Shown: positions 22,801-32,548 of the stretch, piece by piece
Layout: each line of letters starts with the position of its first letter
Position numbering within the stretch: the first letter of the stretch is position 1
NCBI GenBank assembly: GCA_977018835.1
Contig: OZ361259.1
Location: forward strand, 3,596,001-3,660,000
Reading direction: 5' to 3'
Length of the DNA: 64,000 nucleotides
Source: Minutocellus sp. GHC0000111
Taxonomy: Eukaryota
The notes under the pieces: model-generated
The model's database searches: none
What the model saw: only the letters and a program-made list of their open reading frames with translations
What the model was told of the DNA's origin: nothing
Program-made: the position numbers and the translations under genes

Positions 22801-25036
22801 TTGGTAATACAATGCTCTGCGGATAATAGCGCATAGATGTTGCCTCGTCTTTAAGTAGTACATATCGGTATCATTGGTACATGTACACACTCATGAGCAG
22901 GGGATTTGAATCGACAATTTTAGCTAGAATTTTAGCACTCCTAGCTGGCAGACTCTCTCCCGCCATTTATTTGAATTCCTCTTGGAAGCGGAGAGCAATC
23001 ATTTCCCTTTCAATAGGGAGCAGGAGTTCGTAAACCAAGACGAACCTACAAGAAACAAGTGTTGCAATGGTGCTTGATTCCTCAAAGGAGATGACAAGTG
23101 GCCAGTTGGCTCATGCCACGAAGAAGGCAAACGAGAGAGCGGCAGCGGCAGCGGCCCACGGCAACAGTCGTGGCATCACTTCGTACTTTGCCCCTCCCCC
23201 AGCCAATGACAGTCTCCCGCCCCCGCCAGTCGAGGTTGCGGCAGCAGCAGTGGACGAGGCCGCAACCGTCGTGAATGGGGGTATGGAGAATGCCGAGATT
23301 CCGGCCGAGGCGGTCCTGGCCGAGGCGGCCCCGGCCAATGTTAATTCCGAGGAGATGGGGACCGACGCACCTGCAGCCGAACTCGGCGCCGTGGGCATCA
23401 AGGAGTACGATCACTACCAGCCACAAGTCCCTTTTCCCTCACTCCTTGCAGTTCGATGGTATTGAGCTTCCAAAGAGATTCATCTGTACGCTTTGTGGGG
23501 ACAAGGATATCCTCAAAGGGCGACTTGAGGGTGCAAATGATTCCATCTCCCTTCTCAATACCAACCGCGAGGCAGGTGGAGGGAAATCTGTCTTTGATCA
23601 GTTCTCCGCCGACTTTTGGACTGGCATGCCGCTTTATGAGGCTTGTTTGGTAGGGCTGATCCAAAGCGATGATGTTAGAAGCACTTTGGGCGAAACCAAC
23701 AAGTCTCCCAGGAACTTCCGGGCTTCTAATGATGGCCACTTCCATGGTGTCGACTACTCTCGTGCTGCTTTGGGCACCGCCGTGAAAATGAATAAGAATG
23801 TGAATAAGCAGATGAAAATGCGTAGCCTGGCCCAATACATTGGGGTGAGCTTGTCGGAGTAATTACAGCATCTCTTGCATAACATAAAACGTTCAAAATT
23901 CGTCGTGTCCTATGAAATATACTTATACTATGATAATGTGCACCATCAACCACATTCTCAAGGAACGAGTCATGCGAGTAGGGAAGCTCTCGGAAGTTCC
24001 ATGTGCCGCAAAACAACCGATCTTCATCAATCGAATCGTCCAGCTCGTGGGGTAGTTTCATCATCGGTACCTCGCTCAATGCGCTTTCCAACCGAGCATC
24101 GTCACCGCTCTCGGGCCACACCCACAGAACTCCATTTACTACCTTGGCCGGAAAGCTGTTGCATTTGGACTTGGGATTGGACTGGATTCTCATAAACTCA
24201 TCCTCCGATTGAGCTTGAGGGACGGAGCAGAGATCGGCATCGCCCGTCCACCGCCAGGCGTGATATGAGCAGAGCAGAGTGCCATCGTCCTCAACTCTTC
24301 CTTCCGATAGAGGGACCTTGCGATGGGGACAGGAATCGGCAAATACCCGCCACGTACCGTCGGCACGCTTGGCACCACGTGGACGGTCCTTCTTGGATCC
24401 AAATTCCTCCGATCGGCCCTCCACCTTGCCATCATTCCAAACGACAAGGTCCATGTTCAAGAGCTTAAAGTTCTGGGGCTTCTCCCGATCGAGAAACTCG
24501 ACAGGAATGATTGGATACCATGCCTGCAAGGTGGGATATATACGAATAAGAAAGACGAAGGTTTTGCGGTGAATTGCCTTGATTCTATTGGTCTTACCCT
24601 CAAGATGACAATTTGATAAACGTTTACGTAGACTCTATTTATACATGTATATTACAAATCAGCAAGGAATGCCGTGGGATATGCAGGTAAAGTACGTGCT
24701 CCCAACTCTACACGTAAAACCCCAAAATCTAAAACGCACCTTGAACCAGTTGAATTCGTCAGAATCAAAAGACGGAGACTCATTGACATTGACAGCACTG
24801 TCAATCGCAGGGTTGTCTACTGATACCGATGCTGCCTCACCAACATCCGTGTTTGCTGTGGGCGTTGCAATATTATGAAGGAGTGTTGGAGAGGGCAGTC
24901 GATGATGGTCAGGTCTTTGGCAGAAAAGCTGAGAGTTCGCCGCCGGCGAGTGGGGCGAGAATGCCAACGCGTAGGATGACGCAAATATGAGGCTGGAGGC
25001 CGCTGAAATGGCGACCATATTGGCAATGATCCTCAT
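16871..25036 (-). CDS. Plastid Rieske mononuclear-iron oxygenase (pheophorbide a oxygenase/Tic55/PTC52 family), split by a 6.2-kb insertion; segments 25036-24740, 24523-23936, 17725-16871
   Basis: Presequence ..ALAFSP; NWFK|AWYP across intron 24739-24524; Rieske CPH..CSYHAW; iron motif ENVVDGAH continues as VPSSHH after the insertion; C-terminal SHTKNCKNC and TM helices. Both halves are stop-free. Confidence 0.85.
18568..21529 (+). CDS. ~950-codon protein with two hydrophobic segments and two tandem HNH-like (His-Me finger) modules; intron 19320-19434; one in-frame TAG at 20033-20035
   Basis: The GG|C splice joins ORFs 18568 and 19436. ORF 20171 is in the same frame with no other stop in between. 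Modules: CVTCG..GIDR..PY..KLVPMCKFCNHGK..EDFIQLC and CSGC..GWDSMHNDIGYTKRNAFGMCFRCNNFK..FV. Lys-rich C-terminal tail. Confidence 0.7.
21857..22807 (+). CDS. F-box-like protein
   Basis: LHNLQPELLGMILTLL..LVDLSRVSKMYRSMA..WKAICVARW; intact 316-aa ORF. Confidence 0.65.
   Translation: MSSPTSFDFLPRRLESIGISPPKKRTKIANPALTANPKQRPSLHLHNLQPELLGMILTLLAPDIANPVHEDCGLVDLSRVSKMYRSMALGGHGWKAICVARWTDKVGFKDRLAKAEKEAAEEVDTNEGILGSYWYRKFGIEERNASRNRITRSELNDKIFSIRLWFFAKSYPPSVKREKGVAPSGLHGASISDNMRFLPGGRQVSGLPERFSTMYYEMNDEGTVVNFGTPLKNGTNHLLLSLQVHRRSDWGWELRSNLYCIRSISGATNVEEVWKEYTSCLVVEKRKDGTKVNRRKVEYNYRQIPNVDNLKEYLVW
23067..23862 (+). CDS. Hypothetical protein with a degenerate HNH-like C-terminus (probable short intron ~23391-23451, or a frameshift)
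   Basis: Ala/Pro-rich N-terminus; acceptor 'tccttgcag' at 23451; C-terminus FWTGMPL..RASND..DY..KNVNKQMKMRSL resembles the 'C..tG.pm..SiDR..gY..N..K' pattern. Confidence 0.45.
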
Positions 25037-25352
25037 GGTTCTCGAAATAATGACAAGAATGAGTCAGAGAGCGCAGAGGAAAAGAAGAACGGGATCAGAT
25101 TGGCATCCGGGACTACGACGTACCTGTACGTGTACCGGTCTTTCAGCTGAGGGAGGAACAAAGTACCGGTACCGGTAGGAGGAGACATAGATCTACCGGT
25201 ACATTTTGACTAGCTAGTGCCACCGGTAGTTCTATAACACATATATAGATCTAGACTACTGACCAGCAGACTCCATAGCGCATCATCCTCCTCCTCTTCT
25301 TCCATCCAACAAAAATCCTGCATGTCGGAATGAACATCAATCTCAGCTCCTT

Positions 25353-27614
25353 TCATTCTTCCTCTTCCACCATTCGCTGCAAAAGAGCTGGTTCATCGAA
25401 TGGGTCAACAAGGAAAAAGTCATCTGGATTCAAATCGAAACCTAGGGAAATTAGAAAGTTGAGTGAAGAACGGACCCAGATTGCTTTCATCCTGGTCGAA
25501 CCGCCGTCGTTGCGCCATGTCTCCCTTGAAAAGTAGTAAGCGCTGGCTGAATCCATGAGCTTTGCGCTTGGAGCTGAAGCTAACGTCAATTCAAACCCAG
25601 AGGCGACAACAGCTCGAAGGGACTCTTTGGCCGGACCAGACAAGTATCGCACAACAAAATTACCATGACAATCAGCAGTACGTCCTCTCCCCGTCATTCT
25701 CTGGACAAAGTTTTGATCTCTAGGGACTTCGCTGGTCTTATGAATGGTGATGGCGTGGACATAGCCCCCCAAGGTGAGTAGTAAGCCATCAATGGCAGCC
25801 TCAGATCGAAAATGTTCCGTCGAACCCGGTCGATCCCTCAATGCAGAGATTCGAACAGCATCAGGGATGCAGGTGCTCCTATGCTCTGCGAGCCTAACAA
25901 CAACATTGAACGGAAAGGAGGAGCAGATTCTGCTGCATGCACGGCAACCTCCTCCTCCTGCGCAATAGACTTTCCCTAAGCCATAGTAACCATCATTGTC
26001 ACCACTGCATGCAAGGACTCCTTTCAAGTCTAGGTTTGATGGCAATGCCCCAGACTCGAAGGCGCCACAAAACTGCTCAACCAGCCCTCGAATCGCAGCC
26101 TGATCTCCTGTCCACGAGTAATATTCATAGAAAGTGTAATCATGGCGGCTTTCGCCATCCCATCGCCCAAGAAAAGCTGCTGAAAGCTTGGGGAAAGTCA
26201 CCAAAAATGGCACAATTTGAGAAACAGTTTCGTTCGAAGGGGTGTAATTGTTTCCGTCATCATCCTCAAAGAAGCAGAAGCAGTTGACCTCCTTCACACT
26301 GCGAAATCTGTGAATCAACAAACTGGTCGTCCGGCTAAGGGAAAGCTCCGACGGGTGCATTATGGTTAGAACCCGCACGTGCCCGATTGCGTCCTCGAAC
26401 ATGCTCGTGCTGGACCGGACTGCCGCCTGAATGTCGTGATACGTGACAAAGTCAAATACCGATCCCATTGCGTCCGCCGGGAGGACTGGAAGTGGTGCCG
26501 TGCAATCATCATAGGCAAGGCCGGGAACTCCTTGCAGGTTTAGGCGATATGGCAACGCGCCAGATCGAATAGAACCCCGAAAATTCTCAGTGAGCACTTG
26601 GAAGGAGTCCTCGTGGTGGTATGGGGTCACACACCGTACGGCATCGTACTCGAAGCGACCCCCGGGACTCGTACCACCAACGAAGGCCGACGAGAGATTG
26701 GGAAAGGTAATGAGGAATGGGACGATTCGAGTAGCGGCCTCGATTGATAGAATCTGGTCACCATCGGCGTCTATGCGGACCAAGCAGAGGCAGTTCACGT
26801 GCTTGACATTTGCGAATCTTCTGGTAACAGACTTGGTCATCGGGCCAGTGAACAGTTGACATTCCCGCGTAATGTTTATGGTCTTGATATGCTTGGCGGC
26901 ATCGACAGCGACGTACTTGCCAGTGCAAAGGATGTGACGTACATCCCCATACTCCATAAAGTCGAGAACGGATGCCAGCGTGGCAGCTGGAAGCTTGGCC
27001 TTGACGTTATTATTCACCTTGACGGTGGTATCAGCCGAGCTCGTGCCGCCGGTAAGGCTTCTGGTATTACTTGTAGTCGTGGGCTTATCATTGCCGGAGA
27101 CCTCATCACCGATCGAGCTGCTACTGCTGCTATTACTGTAATTAGTAGATGCGGGCACCGGCTTGGGCCGGAGAAATCCCTGGCAAAACCTCCCAAACGC
27201 GGCTGGGTCGGAACTCGTGCGAAGGTTCTGGAACCATGCCGTGCCGAGTAGTTCTGAACAGTCCAAGCCCATGCCAAAAAGGAGCGTACCGGCTGCATCG
27301 GGATGATTATTGAGAAAATTGCAGAACCACTGTTGGTTGATGATATCGTCGAAACCAACTCCTGACGTTGCGAGAGACTGGCCAGTACGGAAGGGTTCCT
27401 TGATGGCATGCTTATTCTCACCAAATTTTTCGAGCCCATCGAAGGATACCTTGGAATCGGTGGGGTTTTGATCAGCAGACGTCGCGGTAGCGGCTGATTT
27501 TTCGACACCATCTGTCAGGAGAGGTACATCTTGATGACCCTCGCCATTCGTGTTGGTACCAGGGACGGCACCTGCGCCGGCAACGGCACCGGTATCGCAG
27601 GTATCGGTCGTCAT
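25353..27614 (-). CDS. 753-aa lineage-specific protein with two tandem F-box-like/LRR-like modules
   Basis: LPAATLASVLDFMEYGDVR..RRFANVKHVNCLC..IVPFLITFPNLSSAFVGG is repeated as LPADAMGSVFDFVTYHDIQ..HRFRSVKEVNCFC..IVPFLVTFPKLSAAFLG. Confidence 0.75.
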   Translation of the reverse strand: MTTDTCDTGAVAGAGAVPGTNTNGEGHQDVPLLTDGVEKSAATATSADQNPTDSKVSFDGLEKFGENKHAIKEPFRTGQSLATSGVGFDDIINQQWFCNFLNNHPDAAGTLLFGMGLDCSELLGTAWFQNLRTSSDPAAFGRFCQGFLRPKPVPASTNYSNSSSSSSIGDEVSGNDKPTTTSNTRSLTGGTSSADTTVKVNNNVKAKLPAATLASVLDFMEYGDVRHILCTGKYVAVDAAKHIKTINITRECQLFTGPMTKSVTRRFANVKHVNCLCLVRIDADGDQILSIEAATRIVPFLITFPNLSSAFVGGTSPGGRFEYDAVRCVTPYHHEDSFQVLTENFRGSIRSGALPYRLNLQGVPGLAYDDCTAPLPVLPADAMGSVFDFVTYHDIQAAVRSSTSMFEDAIGHVRVLTIMHPSELSLSRTTSLLIHRFRSVKEVNCFCFFEDDDGNNYTPSNETVSQIVPFLVTFPKLSAAFLGRWDGESRHDYTFYEYYSWTGDQAAIRGLVEQFCGAFESGALPSNLDLKGVLACSGDNDGYYGLGKVYCAGGGGCRACSRICSSFPFNVVVRLAEHRSTCIPDAVRISALRDRPGSTEHFRSEAAIDGLLLTLGGYVHAITIHKTSEVPRDQNFVQRMTGRGRTADCHGNFVVRYLSGPAKESLRAVVASGFELTLASAPSAKLMDSASAYYFSRETWRNDGGSTRMKAIWVRSSLNFLISLGFDLNPDDFFLVDPFDEPALLQRMVEEEE

Positions 27615-27892
27615 GGTCTCGTGCTGGAATTTGAACGCCTGGGCGCGAGCAGAGGGTAAATTTTAGAATTTAGGGGCATCTTTTGGGACCTCCCTAAAGG
27701 CCGGACACAACCTCTCGCCGAAGGAGGTTTGTTCATGTTATGTTGCTTGGTCGACAAGGGTCAAACCAACAAGAGGACCTCGGCAAATTGCTTCTCATCT
27801 CTCCTTTTCAGTTTGCGTTGGTTATTCGACGGATATCAGTATCTTTTGAGAGCGCGCTGATTGACCAGAGAAATATTAATTTTCGGGACACG

Positions 27893-28129
27893 ATTGTGAC
27901 TTGTGAAGTGACGGAATCCGACCGATCGATCGTCTCAGGTCAAAAGGAAGTGTTGAGATATCATCTGTGCTTCAAGAGGGAAGCCATTCACTTGTTTCGC
28001 AAGGTACCTTCCTGGATAATAATTGCTATTTTTGAATTGTGACTTGTGACGTGACGGAATCCGACCGGTCTCGCAAATTTGAGAGAAGCGTTGCGGCTTG
28101 AGACAATTGTGCTTCGAGGGGGAAGCCAT
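27893..28129. repeat. Degenerate ~143-bp tandem duplication in the divergent intergenic region
   Basis: ATTGTGACTTGTGA(A/C)GTGACGGAATCCGACCG at 27893 and 28036; TGTGCTTC..GGGAAGCCATT also repeated. Confidence 0.7.
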
Positions 28130-28146
28130 TACCCATCGACTGAACC

Positions 28147-29967
28147 ATGCCATCTACCATGAATCGCAGGCATGCCCGAGATGACGACGAGGCCGATAAT
28201 GCCAATGGCGGCGGCGGCGAAGTGACAGGTCGGCCCGCCAAGAAGATGAGATTTGTAACACCGACCAAGAATCCAAGTCCAAGTCCGTCATCTCTGGCTC
28301 TTCAAGGCATCTCCCCAAGTGGTAATAGTGTTGTTTCCCCGCCCTCGGCCATACATGTCGACCAGCTACTTGAACAAACGACCGAACAGGGCATAAAGGA
28401 CTTGCTCCGGTGGAGTATCTTGACCGGTCGTGTCGATCTGCAGCGTCTAGCTGCTGCCCCCAAGAAGCCCATTCGCATTGATAATGTCACGGTTCGTAGC
28501 GATGGCTGGAACGGACTGGATTCCAACGTACTGGCCAAGGTATTTTCTCTCCTAAACGTCAAGGAGAAGGTTGTGTGCGTCAGCCGCATCTGCAAGGCAT
28601 GGAACAAATTGAAGGTTCGATCGGAGTTGTTTCGCAATCTGACGGACGAATCGGCTCCCAACGTGGATCACATGAGCAGCCTGATCGGTTGGTTGCCCCT
28701 CTCGTCTCGCTCGGCGGTTACGGGACTTCGCATCGTCACGTCAGAATCCGACAAAATCAGCCCCGTGAGCCTCTTGGCGAGGCTCCATGCAGCCAAGACA
28801 AGGGTGAATCCAACATTGAGAGCATCAATGGTCGTCGGCGATGGGGGACAGCAGCCCAAGAAGAAGGATATTGGTCTCGTGGATTTGGAGACGATTGTTC
28901 TTTGCGGCCCAGGTATCGATGGACTGTCGGTGCACTTTCCGCTGGGATATGGCACCGGGTCGAATCTAAAGTGTCTCGTTCTCAATGGACTCTCTCGAGT
29001 CAAGTCGAGGTACATGCGGATCGATTCATCAAGGGCAAAGAATAGCCCGTTGTACTACCTGACGCAGCTGCTCGCCAAATGTCCTGGCCTAGAAATTCTC
29101 AGGATGCCACCATCGCCTCTGGGCCTGATTCATTCCCTCAGTGCGATTGGTGCCCCCGATATCCTGGCGACGTCGCTGAAAACATTGGATCTGACGATGG
29201 GCATGAGCGATTGTGATGGAGTGAGTGAGGTAAGTGTGGCCCTGCGGATAGGCGAGGGAAACCAACGGATGCCAAGGTTGGCGCGGCCGATGTGCAATAT
29301 CGCAGTATGCTGTCTCTAACTTACTTTTGCGTCTCGATTTGTATCTTTTTGATTCGATCTAATAGAATGCTGGAACAGTCAAATGGTCTGATGTACGTCA
29401 GCTTGGGAAATATTGTCCCAATTGGAGGTCCTCAAGCTTCGCGGCATTGTTGTGGGAGACGAAATATCGGCACAGTACCCCGAAGACGATTCGAAAGAAG
29501 TGACAATCCTCCCTCGCCTCCGCGTATGCATGATTGAACGACAAGAAGGCATGGCATACACTCTGGGCCTTGCGCAATGCATAATTGTCCGACTCTTGCG
29601 TGGAATGCCATCAGTCGAGGAACTTAGCATTGGATCTGGAGCATCGAGTAATGACGAAGCGAAACCTCATGTCCAGAACGCATTCCAAACTCCTATGCCT
29701 TCCCTGCGAAAATTGCGCCTCGAAGGGTTTAGTTTATCGAATGCATCGTTGAGTGGTATTGCTGCTAGCCAAATCGAATCAATCATCTTGAAAAATTGTT
29801 GCAATCATGCACGCTCCGCACTTGAAGTATTTCATACTTCTTCCAATATTGCCAATGCGTCTATTATTGACGATGGAGATGCGGTTTGTCTCGTTGTCAA
29901 GCAAGGCGGGATAGATTTAAGAACTATCATTATCATACATAAATGCGGATTTCATCATTTTAATTAA
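28147..29967 (+). CDS. F-box/LRR protein; intron ~29230-29365; 1-nt frameshift near 29420
   Basis: F-box WNGLDSNVLAKVFSLLNVKEKVVCVSRICKAWNKL; LRR-like CPGLEIL, SLKTLDL, LGKYCP(N)LEVLKL, PSLRKLRLEG. Confidence 0.7.
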
Positions 29968-30238
29968 CAATTGATTGGTACCCTTGATTCTACGTAGCCC
30001 AAGATCTTCTAGAGTAGAGTTGGCGAGAAATGTAGATAGCTAGCTATGTACCGTCGGGGACGCAAACCTGACTATTACTCCATAGATCCGAAGCTTCTCA
30101 TACATACTTACGTAGTACCGGTTATTCTAGAGATGTAATCTCTAAAATATCCATATGGGAAGAACCTATCCTAAATAAATGAACTATATCAATTGTATAC
30201 ACCTACATATGCTTGCATGATTGGCATGCCGATTTCCT

Positions 30239-32217
30239 TTACACATATTGTCCCGCCGTCTCGACAGCATCACGGGCAAGCTGCCGCGCCGCGTCAAGAT
30301 TGGAAAGAAATTCATCGGAACTATTGATTTCATTCTCCACAAGATACATATTGACGGCCTTGTATGCAATGGATGCTTCCTCGGCGCTGTCAAAGGTGCC
30401 AATGATTCTTTCGGTGCCTCTGCGAGAAATCTTTGCCACGTACTCCCCTGTCTTGGAACCGAATCTGACTCCCCTTGGTAGATCCTTCGATGTCGATGCG
30501 GCCTTAGCAGAAGCAGGGACCTTCTTCTCGGCTGCACAAAGACATTCTGGCTTGTCCCAGGTAGTTTCGTTTGTGGCAGTATTGTAGTAGTATGGGCGGC
30601 CTGATGCTTCGTCGGTGGCCTCCTTCCAGTGGTCGTCTTCTACGGCCGTTCCTTCTTCTTCGGTGCTCTTCTCAACCTCGCGTTCCTCTATTTCTGATGG
30701 AGCTGCGCTCCTTTTCATCATCTGAGGCAGTTCCGACTTGGACTCAAACTCTTCCATCATGTCAACCTTGGAACGCTTCGATCGGCGCTGGCTTCGACGC
30801 TTGCCATCGGTGTCATCATCACTCGACTCCGCCGAATCAGAGGCACCAGCAGGATGGGCGAAGCCCGTTTCATGTCTCCTTTTATGGCGTCCGTCCGCAT
30901 TGGCGCCGGAAGCAGCGGCAGCGCACCTGCAGCGGTGGCACCGGTCGAGATCGATTGGGGCAATGTGTTCCCACCAAGGATTGGCTCACCACCAACGGCG
31001 GCGACGGCAGCGGCGGGGCGCTCGGTACTGATATCGTCATCCTGCTCCTCTACATGATGGGCGAAAGAAGCGTCGTTAGCAGCAGCAGTAGCGGCGGCGG
31101 CGGCGTCAGCAGCAGAGGCACCAGCAAGCTCAGCTCGTAGTTGAGCCATTAATCGAGCTTGCATTGTCTCCAATTTGGCCTCCAATTCGGTCTCCAATTT
31201 GGCCTCAAATTCTTCACGAGTGAAACTAATTTGACCTCCTCCGCCAGGCACCTGGTCGTCCTGTTGGGGGCCGGAATCAGTATCATCCTCGCCAGTCTTC
31301 TTCTTCTTTCCACCCCGTCCATTACGACCTCGCCGGGTGCGCTGCTGCTGGTCCTCCTCCTCCTCACTATCGTCACTACCATCCGCCTCATCATCCTTCT
31401 TCTCCTCCTCTTGTAGTCGCCTTCCTCGACGTCTCTTCTGGGCCGGAGCATCTCCGACTCCGACCGCGGCCGACGCACCACCGGCATCATCGTCGGCATC
31501 ATCGTCGTCTCCGCCTGATGCGATGAAATGATCTTCCTCCTCGTCTTCATCCTCCTCGTCCTCCTCGTGCTCTTCAAGCCCCCTGTGCCGAGGTCCGGCC
31601 TGCCGGGCTTCAGCAAGTTGGAGCCGCCGCTGGCACCGAGCCGTGTCGGCCTTCTGGGATTGGAGCTGGTCCTCAAGCTCCCTATTGCGCTCCTCAAGCT
31701 CACGTATGCGCTCATTCTTGGCCTCCAGCTCGGCCCGCAAATTTTGCACTTGCTGGTTGAGCCGATTGTTGTTTGGGGCATGCATGGCAGGTTGCTGGGG
31801 ACGCGTTTCCCGGGTGTTCTGTACCTGCTGCTGCTCCTGCTGCTGCTGCTCCTGCTGATGGAGCTGCACGACCACCGGATCGTGATCGGAGCGTTCCATG
31901 AACTGGTCGGGATGATCCCTGACCCATTTTCGGATGTTGTTGTAATGCGTGAGCGCCACATTCTTTGACCAATCAATGGCGCTGGAATTTCCTCCTGTAA
32001 CATCTCGGCAGTCATCGCCGATGTACTTGTAGACGGTGAGGTACAACAAGTCAGGGCCATCGTCCTGCTCTTCGATGTGCTCCGCAGTGTAAGAGCGATA
32101 GCTCTCCCGTGGATCTCTCTGACTACCAATAGGAAGGCAATCGACAACGTCGTTTCTGGCGACTACAAAGTTGGCCATTGCATGGTGAACACCATCTCTA
32201 ACTATGAGTTCTGCCAT
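30239..32217 (-). CDS. Coiled-coil/low-complexity protein with C-terminal WW and AP2 domains (1-nt frameshift ~30922)
   Basis: WW: WKEATDEASGRPYYYNTATNETTWDKP. AP2: LPRGVRFGSKTGEYVAKISRRGTERIIGTFDSAEEASIAY. The downstream frame is open back to ~30920. Confidence 0.7.
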
Positions 32218-32548
32218 TTTCCAGCACCGTGAACTGCGGCATAAAGTTCCGTACTAGAGGAATTCCTACGAAGTAAGTATCACGAGCCACGAGCGCATGA
32301 CCACATCAGCACATCAGTGCAAGGCCTTGATCAGTGACATCGAGCGTATCTTCCCTGCGCGTCGACGGTCAGACGGAACGCGCCGGCCGGCCCCAAGGGG
32401 CTGGCCTTGCTCGCGGAGTTGTAAAATTCAAATTTCGTCCCGCCAGTCTTGCAGAGCAGCAGCCATCCACTGGACCATGTGGATAGTACTTCATCATTCG
32501 CCATTCCACAGTCCAAGGGAAGCGTAGACAAAAGCAGCTTCCTCTCAC

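Larger units (their letters stand above)
17729..23935 (+). mobile_element. Unclassified 6.2-kb multi-gene insertion flanked by a 3-bp direct repeat (ATG)
   Basis: ATG at 17726-17728 and 23936-23938; removing 6210 bp restores the host frame exactly; no TIR, LTR or poly(A) seen; three co-oriented genes inside. Confidence 0.85.

Noticed and set aside
17729..23935. Cassette as a giant spliceosomal intron or a Helitron
   Set aside because: On the host strand the ends are TATC..CATG, and no register of the 3-bp repeat gives GT..AG. There is no 5'-TC/CTRR-3' with a subterminal hairpin.
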